Positions 51,760 through 64,000 of a DNA stretch of 64,000 nt are shown here, one piece after another. A program made the translations under genes and the position numbers. The stretch is from the NCBI RefSeq assembly GCF_009914755.1, contig NC_060942.1; one strand, 5' to 3'. Within the stretch, counting starts at the first letter, position 1, and each line of letters starts with the position of its first letter. Under the pieces are notes generated by a model. That model saw nothing but the letters and a program-made list of their open reading frames with translations, was not told the DNA's origin and did not search any database. The stretch is from the human T2T-CHM13v2.0 reference genome, Homo sapiens.

Positions 51760-54720
51760 AAGAGTTCTAGAGACTTCTAGTTTTCACTTTAAGGTAAAGA
51801 AAGCTGGGAAGAGATCTTTCTCTCACTTACAATGAAAAGCTGGAGAAACTGAAAAATATCATAAACCTATTGGAGAAAGTTTAAGTAAAGTGTCCAGAGT
51901 GAAGGGCAATTAACACTGCCTCTCTTGGGCACAGGAAAAAACCAATTTCAGCTGAGGGAAGAAAACAGAAAACAAAACAAAACAACTTAACCCTGGGGAA
52001 GATAGAGAGGCAGATTCTGGGCTGAGAACTACAGATGGGAAGGGGCAGGAGAACTAAGGAAGCCACACTTCAATATCGAGGGATACACTGTCTGTCTAAT
52101 AGTGTGGTGAAATGAGAACAACAGAGAACACTCCGCTGCTGCCACTTCTCACTGCCAAGCTAAGATATCTTAAGTAATCCACAGTGCTGCTTGGAGAGAA
52201 ACACAAGTGTGGAAGGAGACCTTCTCTAAGGTTCAGTGCAAAGGAAAGACTTAAAGCTGGCGATAGAGCAAGCATTGAGAGAAAACAAAACAAAACACGT
52301 TTGACAACCCAGCCTCAATCCTAAAAACAAGTTGTTACTAGAGGAATTTGAAACCTATGGTATACTGAGTGAAATAACAATTATAACACACTTCACGCCT
52401 AACCCAACTCCTAACTAGTTTTACTCAAACCCCTGCACTAAAGGCCCAGCAGAGGGAAAGGCATGTCCACTACTAGGCAGAAAAAACTGTTAACTTCAGT
52501 TTCCATTGAACTACAGAAGGTGTCCAATTTTCAACAGCAATAAAAACATAAAGTATATAGAAAGGCAAAAAGTAAAAAACAGAAACCACCAACACACTCC
52601 CAACAGACAAAGTAAGCAGCAAAACCAGACTCAACTATGACACAGATGTTGGAAGTAACTGATAAGGAATTTAAAATAACTATGATGAAAATGTTAAAGG
52701 ATTTAACTGAAAAGAAGGATATGATAAAAGATCAGGTTGGAAGTTTAGCAGAAAGCCAGAAACTATAAAAAAATCAAATGAAAATGTTAGAACTGAATAC
52801 AACCACTGTAACAGAGACAAAGAATGCTTTCACAGCTTCATTAGTAGACTCAACATAGTTGAAGAAAGAATCAAGGAATTTGAAGATAGATCAATAGAAA
52901 CTACTCAAATAGAAATATATAGAGAAAAATGTTTGGAAAAAATGCAGCAGAGTATCCAAGAGAGGTGAAAAAATATCAAATGGTCTAACTGACATGTAAA
53001 TAGAATAACAGAAAGAGAAGAGAAACAACAGGGCAGAGCAAACATTTGAAGAAATCATGGCTGTGAATTTTTAAAAATTAAAGACAAACACCAAACTACA
53101 GAGCCAAAAACAAAACAAAAAAAAACCTCAGAGAGCGCAAAGCATGATAGATAAAAAGCAAACAAAATCCACCCAGGTATATCATATTCAAACTGCTAAA
53201 AACAAAGGACAAAGAGGAAATCTTGGAGGCAACTATAGAAAAAGATACATTACATGCTGAAGAACAAAGATAAGAACTATAGCAGACTTGTAGCTAGAAG
53301 AAAATGGAGTGCTAAAAAAAATGTGAATTCAGAAAATATTTTGAAGTGTTTTTCAAAAATGAAGAAGTAATATGTATTAGTCTGTTTTCATGCTGTTTAT
53401 AAAGACACACCCAAGACTGGGCAAATTACAAAAGAAAGAAGTTTATTTAAAACCACCAGATCTCGTGAGACCCATTTACTATCATGAGAACAGCACGGGA
53501 AAGACCCACCCCCATGATGCAATCATCTCCCACTGGGTCCCTCCCACAACACGTGGGAATTATGGGAGCTACAAGATGAGATTTGGGTGGGTACACAGTG
53601 CCAAACCATATCATAATAACAAAGAAAAACTGAAATAATTAATTGCCAGCAGACCTACCCTTCAAAAAGTGGTAAAGGAAGTTCTATAGGCAGAAAGAAT
53701 ATGATAGCAAACAGGAACTTCAATCTACACAAAGAAATAAAGAGTGCTGAAAATAGAATCAATGAATGGAAAATAAATTTTTTTCATATTTTAATTGTGC
53801 TAAAATATAACTGACTCTCTAAAGCCAAAATGGTACCAACATATTGTATGTTTGTAGCATATTTCAATGTTAAATTTATGAAAATAATAAGATAAAGGAT
53901 GGGAGGGAAATTCAGAATATATTATTTAAGGTCCTTACATAATGCATGCAGTGGGATTATAATATTTGTAGGTAGACTCTACTTGATATTTATTGCAAAT
54001 CACAGAGCAAACACTAAAAAAATTAACAAAATTGAGTAAATAATATAGGGAAAAATAGAAACATAAAAATGCTAAATTTTTACAAGAAGTAAGTAAAAGA
54101 GAAAAGAAACAAACAACAGGTAAGACAAATAGAAAACAGCTAACATAGATGGCCAAAAAAATCAAAACCCAAGTATATGCTGTCCACAAGAAACACACTT
54201 TACATATGTACAGACAGGTCAAATAGATACAGACAGCTTAAAAATAAGTAGATGGAAGAAGTTAAAGCATGGAAACACTAACCCAAGAAAGCAAGGGTAG
54301 CTATGGTAATAGGTAAAGTAGACTTCAGGATGAGAAATATTATCAGTGATAAATAAGGATACTATGTCTTGCAAAAAGAGTCAATTCTCTAAGAAGACAT
54401 AACAATTCTAAATATGTACCCTAGAGCTTTAAAAGATGTAAAGCAAAATCTGATAAAAATGAAAACAAACAAATCTGCATTTATAGTTAGAGACTTCAAC
54501 ACTTTTATCTCATAATTGACAGAACAAGTACATAGTAAATCAGTAAGGATATAGAACACCCGAGCAATATTATCAACCAACTCAGCATAATTCACATTTA
54601 TAGACCACTCCTCCCAACAACAGCAGAATACACAATCTTTTCCATTGGACATGAAACATTCACCAAAATAGACTGGCTATATTCTGGCTTATAAAAATCT
54701 CTTAACATTTTAAAATAATA
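51760..54720 (+). mobile_element. Old L1M 5' portion (5' UTR, ORF1, start of ORF2), degenerate
   Basis: ORF1-like AAGAATCAAGGAATTTGAAGATAGATCAATAGAA; endonuclease-like TATGCTGTCCACAAGAAACACACTT, GAGACTTCAACAC and CAACAGCAGAATACACA. Confidence 0.85.
53373..53613 (-). mobile_element. THE1 solo LTR, internally deleted, nested in L1
   Basis: Both THE1 termini present; TSD TAATA on both sides; central segment missing. Confidence 0.92.
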
Positions 54721-54729
54721 TAAAGTCAA

Positions 54730-55190
54730 GTTCCTACTTTATCTTTCGTTTCTACTTATAGTTCTCTCTCTCTTTCTCCTCACCTCAGTGGTCAGTCAAT
54801 GGGTCCCTGAGCATTGGGCCCCATCATTGACTCTGTCCTCACCTGTTTTCTCACTAGGAAGACCTCATCCATACCCAAGGATTTAGTTATTGCTATGCAC
54901 TGATAAATCTCAGATTCATAATTTTGCCTAATATCACACTACTGGACTGTAGACTACTAGACAGTTGCTCCCTGGATAGTTTATTGGCACCTCAAACCCA
55001 ACATACTATTGCTAAATTCAACATCTTGTTCCACTTCCTTAATTACCTACCGTGGTGATTCATATTTCCCTCCACTAAGATATTTAAGCCAGAATTGTGC
55101 ATCTTATCATTTATCACCTCCACATGAAATCAACCATGAGGCATTATTGATAAGGTACCCTTAGTATCTCTCTTTCCACTTGGTCTGTTA
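54730..55190 (+). mobile_element. L2 body fragment
   Basis: GACCTCATCCATACCCAAGGATTTAG...GGCACCTCAAACCCAACAT. Confidence 0.6.
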
Positions 55191-55297
55191 TACATGATGA
55201 TACATATATATCTGATGATTCTTGAGAATTTGGTTCAGAGATTTTTCCCTTGAAACTATTATTAGTATCTTCAAAAACAGTGAAGTCTGTATAGCAC

Positions 55298-55787
55298 TGT
55301 ATTAAATTCCTGGAGCTGCTGTAACAAATTATCACAAACCAGGTGTCTTAAAATAACAGAAAGTTATACTCTCCCTCTTCTTGAGGCCAGAAGTCTGAAC
55401 CAAGGTGTTGGTAGAACCATGCTCCCTCAGAAGGCTTTTGGGGAGAATCCTTTCCTTGCCTTTTCCAGCTCTGGTGGCTGTCAGTATTCCTTGGCTTGTA
55501 GCCACATCTCTCTCTCTCTCTGCTCTGTCTTCACTTCACCTTCTCCTCTATGCATCTACCTCAAAACTCCCTCAATCTTTCAACTCTAAGGATACATGCA
55601 ATTACACTTAAGGCCCACACAGAGAATCTAGTATAGTCCAGTGTAAACCTCTTTTCAAGATCATTAATTTAATCACATCTTTGCCATATAAGGTAATGTT
55701 CACTCTTGCCGTACGAGTTGCTATTGACAAGTTCCAGGATTAGGACATGAACATGTCTTTTAAGGGATTACTATTCAGCCTACTACA
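55298..55787 (-). mobile_element. MLT1B/C-like MaLR solo LTR
   Basis: GCTGCTGTAACAAATTATCACAAAC...CTATTCAGCCTACTACA; TSD AGCAC on both sides. Confidence 0.9.
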
Positions 55788-55949
55788 AGCACTCTGTCAT
55801 ATATTTAAAATAACATCCACAGTTCACAAGACTATGGAGTTAAAGAGGATTCATACACGTTTGAAAAAATTTAAATTAGCATGATGTCTTCAGAGAACAT
55901 TTGGCAAAGTCAAGCAAAAGTCTTGGAAAAAATGTGCATATTGCCTTTA

Positions 55950-56267
<318 letters not shown>

Positions 56268-58127
56268 TGCATATTGCCTTTAGCACAGCAATGACAATTT
56301 CAGAACTCTAGCATAAAAATATTTGGTTCATATGTGAATGTGCAAGTGTGTTCACCGCAGTCTTTTTTATTTGAAAAGAAAGGTTGAATCTAGTATAAAA
56401 TGCCCAATAATAGGGGCTTACCTGAGGCTTAATTTATAATATATATATAAACAAATGTATATATAAAAATATATGTACACACATGTAGTATATTTATACA
56501 ATGACATGATGTGTAGCCATTAAATTTGGTAATATAATGCCATGTTTACTGACATATAAAATAATTCACCATATTGTCAAATAAAAAGTTTATAAAATGG
56601 TATGTGTAGTATAATAACATTTTAGTAAAAATATGTATTTAAAACAATCTGGATAAATTGATCCCAAAAATATTAATACTGGAATTGTATACAACTCATT
56701 TTTACCTATGGGTTTAAATGTTGTGCAGTGAGTTTATTTACAATATTTTAAAATAACTAAAAAGTGAATATATCTGTTAAACACATATTAATTTTTCTTC
56801 AAAGTACATTTATAATTCTTAAAACTTCAGACATTTCAATGTAATTTAGATATGAATTGTCTTCTGATAAAGAAAAAACTATATAGAAATATATAAAAAT
56901 AAATTTGAAATATTTATTTCCTAAACATCACAAAGTCCAAACATCGAAGAAATGTGAACCACCTTAGCAAAAATATTAATACTAGCATTATCCATGTATT
57001 GTCCTAACAAATGGGAGAAAATCTTTTATTTCTGAATGTAACAAACTTTCATTATATTTAAGAAAAAGCGAGCCTACAGTTGTCAGTATACTCTATGAGC
57101 CATTTAAAAGCCAATTATGCATGCCTGGTAAAGTAAATGAGACCATGAATGAATAACATCCACAAACGTAAATTATACACATAAATTATAAAATTTAAAT
57201 GTTTCTGGAAGAGGCACTAACCTTAGCGTAATGATTAGCATAATGATTAGTGCTGCTGTCCACAAAATACGTCTTCCAAGATATTTTTATTTATATATAC
57301 CTCACAAAATAATGATATTTTATATACTACTACTAGAAAGTAACTTTTGTAGCTCAAACCTAAAAAAATTCCCATGAAATTGTTATTTCGCTATCATTAA
57401 ATGGGATCTACCAATTCTTCCCAAAGCAATAAATATTCAGTTTCTCTGGTATTTGCTTCTTCACCTGGAAAACGGATTAATCAAAAAATGTCCTGTTAGA
57501 GTTTTATGGAGAATTTTATGTAGCTCTTCATAAAATAAACAATGAAAATTGTGCAGTGCTCACAGGCAGAACATCTGCATTAATATTAAGGTGAGAAATG
57601 GCACACAATTAATTTAACAACTATGAAATTGATTAGGTTGTTAAAATTTTCGTAATTCACTGTATGACTCTCTCTTTGCCTACTAAGTGCACGGCATTTC
57701 ACATCAAATTACAGAAATAGTTTTCCTAAATGGTTGTTGTAGGTTGGAATTTTCAACATTTTACAACAAAGTATAGTAAATGATTCAACTTTGTTAGAAT
57801 TATAAATAATCTAAAAGAAATTTTTCAAGATTTATGTTTTATCAACAGAATTTGCTAGATTATTCTAACATCTGATAGAAAACTAGGGTTGATATGTCAT
57901 TACCACCTGTCACTGAGAGAATGCAGTGCTCCTCTTCTAACACATACCTAATTATGAGAGAACTGTTTCAATTCTGCCAACTCACAGACTTCTTTAAAGG
58001 TTGCCTACCCCAGGACAACATATATAGACATCCTGGGAATGGTGATACACCTCCCATATCCTGGGAGCATGAGACACTAGTTAAGTGGAAAGTGCCCAGG
58101 AATTTAAAAAAAAAAAAAAAAAAAAAA

Positions 58128-58414
58128 AGTCAGGCACGTTGGCTCCCGCCTGTAATCCCAGCACTTTGGGAGGCTTAGGCGGGTAGATCATGAGGTCAGG
58201 AGTTCAAGACCAGCCTGAACTACATGGTGAAACTCCATCTCTACTAAAAATACAAAAATTAGCCAGGCGTGGTGGCATGCACCTGTAATCCCAGCTACTC
58301 AGGAGGCTGAGGCAGGAGAATCACTTGAAGCTGGAGGTGGAGGTTGCAGTGAGCCGAGATCATGCCACTGCACTTTAGCCTGGGCAACAGAGCGAGACTC
58401 CATCTTAAAAAAAA
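58128..58414 (+). mobile_element. AluS (Sg-like)
   Basis: Dimeric Alu body preceded by an A tract, with a short A tail. Confidence 0.93.
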
Positions 58415-59869
58415 TTTTTTTTAACAATTCCTGGGGAAGTATAGGGCAAAGAATATGAAGTCATATGAATTTACTGGGCATAGTGGAAGTTGGCAAAGAG
58501 TCCTAAAAGGATGCAGTCAGATCTTTGAATATTAAATAGGGAACTAAGCAAACTTTTCTCCTTTTTAGTTTACTTGACTCCTGATAAGCAACTGTGTTAA
58601 CAGCATGCAAATTCTTAATTTCAATTTGCAGAAAGCTAAAAGATTTACATTTTCCAGAATTCACCTCCTCTATTTCTGATTTTTACACCATCCTCCTAGT
58701 TTTATTATTAAGAAAATCTTTTACTATAAGTTTAAATTTATGTATACTTGATGTAAAGATAATACAAGCTGGCCAGTCATTGAGATAAGGGGACCATTAA
58801 TACTTTCAAGGATAAAATTAGTCATTTATATCACAGTCTCTTAAAATTCGTTTTTCTTTAAAACCATCTGGGAATGCCTTCAAACTGTGACCAAACTGTT
58901 CTCTGTGGGATTCTGATTTAATTCATGGCATATCTGAAAGAGAAAAGTTATTAATCACAAATTGGAAAAGATAAAAGCAGTAGTTTGGTTGAAGTACTTA
59001 TTTCTTAGACATGATTTTTTTCTTTTTGTTTTTGAGGGGAGAGGAAATTGCGAATACAAGAGATGGTCAAATTGACTACTAAATTTGCACCTTATTCTTC
59101 ATTTACTTCACAAAACCAATTTATTGCTAAATTTCCCTAGCAGCATGCATCTAACATTTACTGCATTGTTTATTCCACTGAAAGAAACTTCTTTTAAATC
59201 TAAAATATAATTACTTCCACCTATCCATTTACTCCAACACATATTTACTGCCTAGTATATACAAAAATCTTTGCAAGAATCCAGGGAGATGCAACATAAC
59301 CACGCATTCCTTGGCGGGGCGGGGGGCGGGGCGCTAAAATTTGATTTTTATTTTCTTTCCTTTTTCATTGTTGTCATTTCTTGAAGCTCAAAATCTAGAA
59401 AAAATATTTCAAAACCAAAAAAAATTGTTATAAAATGGTTCCACAAATCATCACTATAAGAGTTTAGCTGACTCATATTTCAGCAAAGCAACATACTTTA
59501 CATTATTTTGAAATCCAACTGTAAAACTAACTGTTTAATATTTGGCCACTTTGGTCTGAAGTTGGATACTGGTGACTAACCATGTTCATGCTTTTATTTG
59601 AGGTAAACTTGAACTCAGGCTCCAACTGTCCTCCTGTTGATGTGAGGGTGAAGGAAGGTGCCAGGTCCACTTCCCAGGGACTGGCGTAGTGGTACAGTCA
59701 TGATGACAGGACACACTGAACACAAACCTGCAAATGGAACTGAATCTGTGCCAAGGACACTTCCATATCTGCCTAAAGACCCAGAGTTTAGTCAGTTCCC
59801 CGGACAGGAATATGATATTGATTTCAAGAATGCAGAAAACAACTTCCCTCTATTTTTCAGCCTGAAATT

Positions 59870-60000
59870 CTTATTCATTCACACATTCCAACATTTATTG
59901 AATACCTGCTATTGTCTAGATGTTATGATAGGTGCTAAGGACAATGCAGTGATCAAAATAGACATGGCCAGCACCTTCATGGAATTTAAACTACAGGACA
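59870..60000 (-). mobile_element. L2 3' end
   Basis: ATTCATTC...CATTTATTGAATACCTGCT...CCTTCATGGAATTTA. Confidence 0.75.
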
Positions 60001-60771
60001 GACTGAGGGGAGGTTAGAAAGAAAGAGGACAACCCTTCTCCCTACTTCTCTCCCCCTGCAACTCCCCCAATATGACCATATCTTAGTGGTTTTAGAGTTA
60101 CTTTCATAAAGTCATTCATTAAAGTTTCTCTCTTTCCCACTGAATTTGATTGCATGATAGTAAATTCCTTGAGGGCAGGAATCCTATAGCATAATAGGTT
60201 GTACATCCTCTTCTAACAGCCAATTGCCTAGTGATTCACATTGTGCAGGCTTTTTTTTTCTGCAAAATGGATAAAGTCACATTCACTTCCAGGAAAAGCA
60301 ATAGCAAAAGGAAGTTATGACACCCAGAACACTATAAAAACACAGTGAAAGGCAAAAGATAAAAGTTCTCCATAGAGCAGCGTGGCTGTGTGGTAGTGAT
60401 GTAGTTCTGTTTCAGCGTTCAGACATTCCATGTGCACAAGAGCTGCTGATCCTTTCTTGTAGCCCTGCTACCCTAACCCCCATCTCCACACCCTTAGTGC
60501 ATGTAGAAAATCAGTATGGCCTGATTTGAGGCCACGATAGAAGAAGATATCTTCCCCTTAAAAAGTTCTCCCCAAATGGTCTTGATAAAGGATTGTCTTA
60601 TTCATGCTCTGAATTAAAGTCCAGAATGCCTTCTCTTAAATACAAATGCTGGCGGTGACTGCTTGTGCTTTTGAATTCTTGTACTACCAGATTTATTGAT
60701 TTAGAAGGTCTATCTTGTTCAGAAAGGATTTCAAGAGGATAAAACATGTGTCATATTGATAAGGAGGTAGA

Positions 60772-61015
60772 GAATAGTGTTAAGAATGGTGGGTCAGGAG
60801 CCAGACATCTTGCCTTTGCACCACCTTGCTATTTGTTTCACAAGTTACTCCCTGTATGACTATGACAATTCTGTGCCTCAGTTTCCATAAAATGTGGACA
60901 AGAATATTACTACACTATAGGTTATTCTAAGAGGTAAGTGAAAATACATCTAACACACGAAGTATCATCTGCCTAGAACAAAATACGATCTCAGCAAATG
61001 CTAGATATTATTAAA
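60772..61015 (+). mobile_element. MIR
   Basis: GGAGCCAGAC, CAAGTTACT, CTGTGCCTCAGTTTCC. Confidence 0.7.
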
Positions 61016-62359
61016 TTATTGTTTTCCTCTTATAAATGAATTATCTCAATTAGACCTGAAATCACGTAAAACCAATAAAATGAGATTGGGTCCCTTCAAG
61101 AATACCAAGTAAAAATGGTTTGAAGGGACATAACTGTAATGAAGGAGAAAATATATTAGGTTAAATAATAAACATATGAAGTGACTTTGGTTAAGAAGAT
61201 CAACTATTGAGATATAATTATGAACTTACTAATGTTAAAGGCATTATAGATTTTGAATTAGTAGAAATAGAATGCCTTGCCATAATGGATTTTGGAAACT
61301 GTAGTTTGTTTGGTGTGATATATGAAGATGCATGAAAACTAAGAAAGAAAACTTTCAGAGTTTTTATCATCTTGTAAACATAAGAACAAGGTGAGCCACA
61401 GACACAGTCGGAGATTAATTAACCAAATGGAGCAGAGAGACTGTTCCCGTGTGGTAGTGATATCATATTGAGCAAAGCCACATGCAGAAGTGAAGAATAA
61501 ATGGGGACAGAGCAACCTAGCAGATGGGGTAAGTCCACCTTGGGAGAAGGTTGGAGGTGGAGTTGGGAGGGGAGTTATGCAATAAACAAAGGATGGGACT
61601 TGGAGGGATACCTTAGCTCTATTGAATATGTGAGTCTGGGATCTTGAATTATGCAAATTCACCAGCATTAGTAAAACAGAAGTTTGGGAATCCACATCTT
61701 CTCAGTTCTCTACCGGGCCTCCTAATGCAACGAAGGAACCTTAGATTGGAAGAGCTTGTTCTTCAGGGAGGTTTTGTAAATTGGCATGGCAACTAGCAAA
61801 TCTCAGAACCTGAAATTTAGATTGAGTCCCTTGCTGCCATCAAAGATAGTAGAACGCACTCAAAGACAGTAGGGAGTAGGAGAGACAAATCAACAAAGGC
61901 AGTGCCCGGGCCTGGTCAATCCAGCCTCAGACAGAAAACCATTTGCTGTCTGTCATCCATTATTTTGAGATACTCTGGGATGGCCACAGGTTTGAATTGT
62001 AAGTCATGGGGAAAATGCTGAGTTCTGAGTAGATCACAAGATAAATGTGGTTGCCAAATGTTATCATTTTTGATTACTGATAGGTGACTGTCCAGAGCTC
62101 ACAGTTTTTATGGGAAAAATAATGCTTAAAGTGACCTCATTGTGTCAATGCTCACTGTGTTATTGCAAAATCATTTCAGAATACAAAGATGGTCTTTACT
62201 GTCAAGCCTGGATGTAAATTGTTCAGATCTCTGATCAAAGAAGGTACGTATTAAATTTCACTTAACTTTGGGCACTCACTGGATCTTTACCAAAAGATGT
62301 TCCACTTCTCTGAGTTTATTCATCTATTTTTGGTAACAAGATTTTATAGCAAAGCTGCT

Positions 62360-63073
62360 TGATACAGTTTAAATCTGGGTCCCCCCCTCAAATCTCATGT
62401 CAAATTGTAATCTCCAGTGTTGGTGGTGGGGCCTGGTGGGAGGTGAGTGGATCATGGGGGCAGTTTCTCCTGAATGGTTTACCACCACGCGCCTTGGTCT
62501 TGTCATCAAGATAATGCATTACCAGAGATCTAGTGTTTAAAAGTGTGTAGCTGGGGCCAGGTATGGTGGCTCACGCCTGTAATCCCAGCACTTTGGGAGG
62601 CCAAGGCGGACGGATCACTTGAGGCCAGAAGTTCGAGACCAGCTATGGCCTACACGGCAAAACCCCGTCTCTACTAAAAATACAAAAATTAGCTGGGCAT
62701 GGTGGCGCACACCTGTAATCCCAGCTACTTGGGAGGCTGAGCCATGAGAAATGCTTGAACCTGGGAGGCGAAGGTTGCAGCGAACCGAGATCACATCACT
62801 GCACTCCAGCCTGGGGGACAGAGTGAGACTCTGTTTTAAAAAAAGTGTGTAGCACCTCCCCCGTCTCTCTCTTGGTCCTGCTTCTGTCACATAAGACACC
62901 TGCTCCCACTTTGCCTCCCACCATGAGTAAAAGTTTCCTGAGGCCTCTCCAGAGGCAGATGTTGCCATGCTTCCTGTACAGCTGTGGAACCATGAGCCAA
63001 TTCAACCTCTTTTCTTCATAAATTACCCAGTCTCAGGTATTTCTTCATAACAGTGAGAAAACTGACTAATACA
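62360..63073 (+). mobile_element. MST (MSTA/B-like) MaLR solo LTR interrupted by an Alu
   Basis: TGATACAGTTT...AAATCTCATG...AAATTACCCAGTCTCAGGTATTTC...GACTAATACA; TSD CTGCT on both sides. Confidence 0.92.
62555..62840 (+). mobile_element. AluS nested in the MST LTR
   Basis: Full Alu body; TSD AAAAGTGTGTAGC on both sides. Confidence 0.95.
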
Positions 63074-63639
63074 CTGCTTCTATTTGTTTCAGTGGAGGGT
63101 GAAAGTGGGGTTCTAGGGTTTCTAAAATTCTTCCACCACATTAAAATAGAAAATGAGCCTTAACAAATCAGATCCCATGGGGGCAGAAAACAATCTATAA
63201 TGTAAGCCGGGAGAGGCCATGCCACGTCACTAGTGTCAGGAAATGTCATATAATTAGCACAGCCAGGGCATTTGTCAACCAAGGATCTAAAAGGATTTTT
63301 CAAATTGTGAAAATCTCAAAACAGTCCTAAGAGTTACTGTGTTATTACCTCTATAATACCTTTGCAATGAAATCTATTTAGGTCAGTATATGAAATTCTA
63401 TGAGTCATTTATATATAAAGGCAATTTCTCTTTCACTCTATTCTCTTCCAGGATGAGTTAGAACAGCAGGATATAATGAATAACTATCAATAAATTGAAC
63501 TTCATTTAATTAATTCGACATTATCATTTAATATTAATAAACATAAAGGTATTATTGCTGAATTTATCAACAGCCACCACTTGGAAGGTGTGAAAATACC
63601 CAGCCAATAACAAAAGCATTACAGATTTTCTTTATGTAA

Positions 63640-64000
63640 AATGCATTATGTTTTTCTCATTCATTTTTTATAAAGTGAACATTTATAAAGTATTTTGATT
63701 TTTGCATGTTCTTATAACATTGTACATGCATTTCTTACAGAAAAAATATTGGACTCCAAATCACAATAAAAATAACTTTTCAATGCTATTATCCACTGGC
63801 CAGATTGGTAAAAATTAAGAAGCCTGGTGACACTAAGTGTTGGCAAGGATTTAGGACACTGGGGATGCTTCTTTACCACTTGTGTGAGTCTAAACTGGCA
63901 ATACCACGTAGCAAAACAGCTGCTCATGATCTTGTAAAGCTGGCACTTTGCATAGCCTGGCCTCTTGCACGTATTTATCATGAAACAGGCATAAAGACAT
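63640..64000 (+). mobile_element. L1ME fragment
   Basis: CCAGATTGGTAAAAATTAAGAAGCCTGGTGACACTAAGTGTTGGCAAGGAT. Confidence 0.6.

Noticed and set aside
57937-58077. - strand exon candidate with TAG/GTATGT donor
   Set aside because: All three frames contain stops
61339-61695. 118-aa - strand ORF
   Set aside because: No recognisable homology or splice context; length compatible with chance

Overview
AT-rich primate (human-like) genomic DNA that reads as a large intron or intergenic stretch. It is not prokaryotic: there is no operon, CRISPR array, rRNA or tRNA, and no protein-coding gene I can name. Much of the window is interspersed repeat: nine Alus, L1 fragments of several ages, L2, MIR, MaLR/ERVL/ERV1 LTRs, hAT-Charlie DNA elements and microsatellites. 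Many of the listed ORFs overlap repeats or microsatellites and none is recognisable. A-tracts and most L1 fragments lie on the + strand, which weakly suggests a host gene on the - strand (inference). I found no convincing novel biological system. The most unusual structures are two local dispersed duplications of apparently unique DNA (about 240 bp and about 330 bp). Each was copied about 1.6 kb away into an old transposon, and one has a fold-back palindromic junction. Also present: an HERV16-like two-LTR proviral remnant nested in an L1, a twin-primed inverted L1PB, and candidate small - strand exons. Repeat families were recognised from memory of consensus sequences, so boundaries of old elements are approximate and subfamily calls are tentative.
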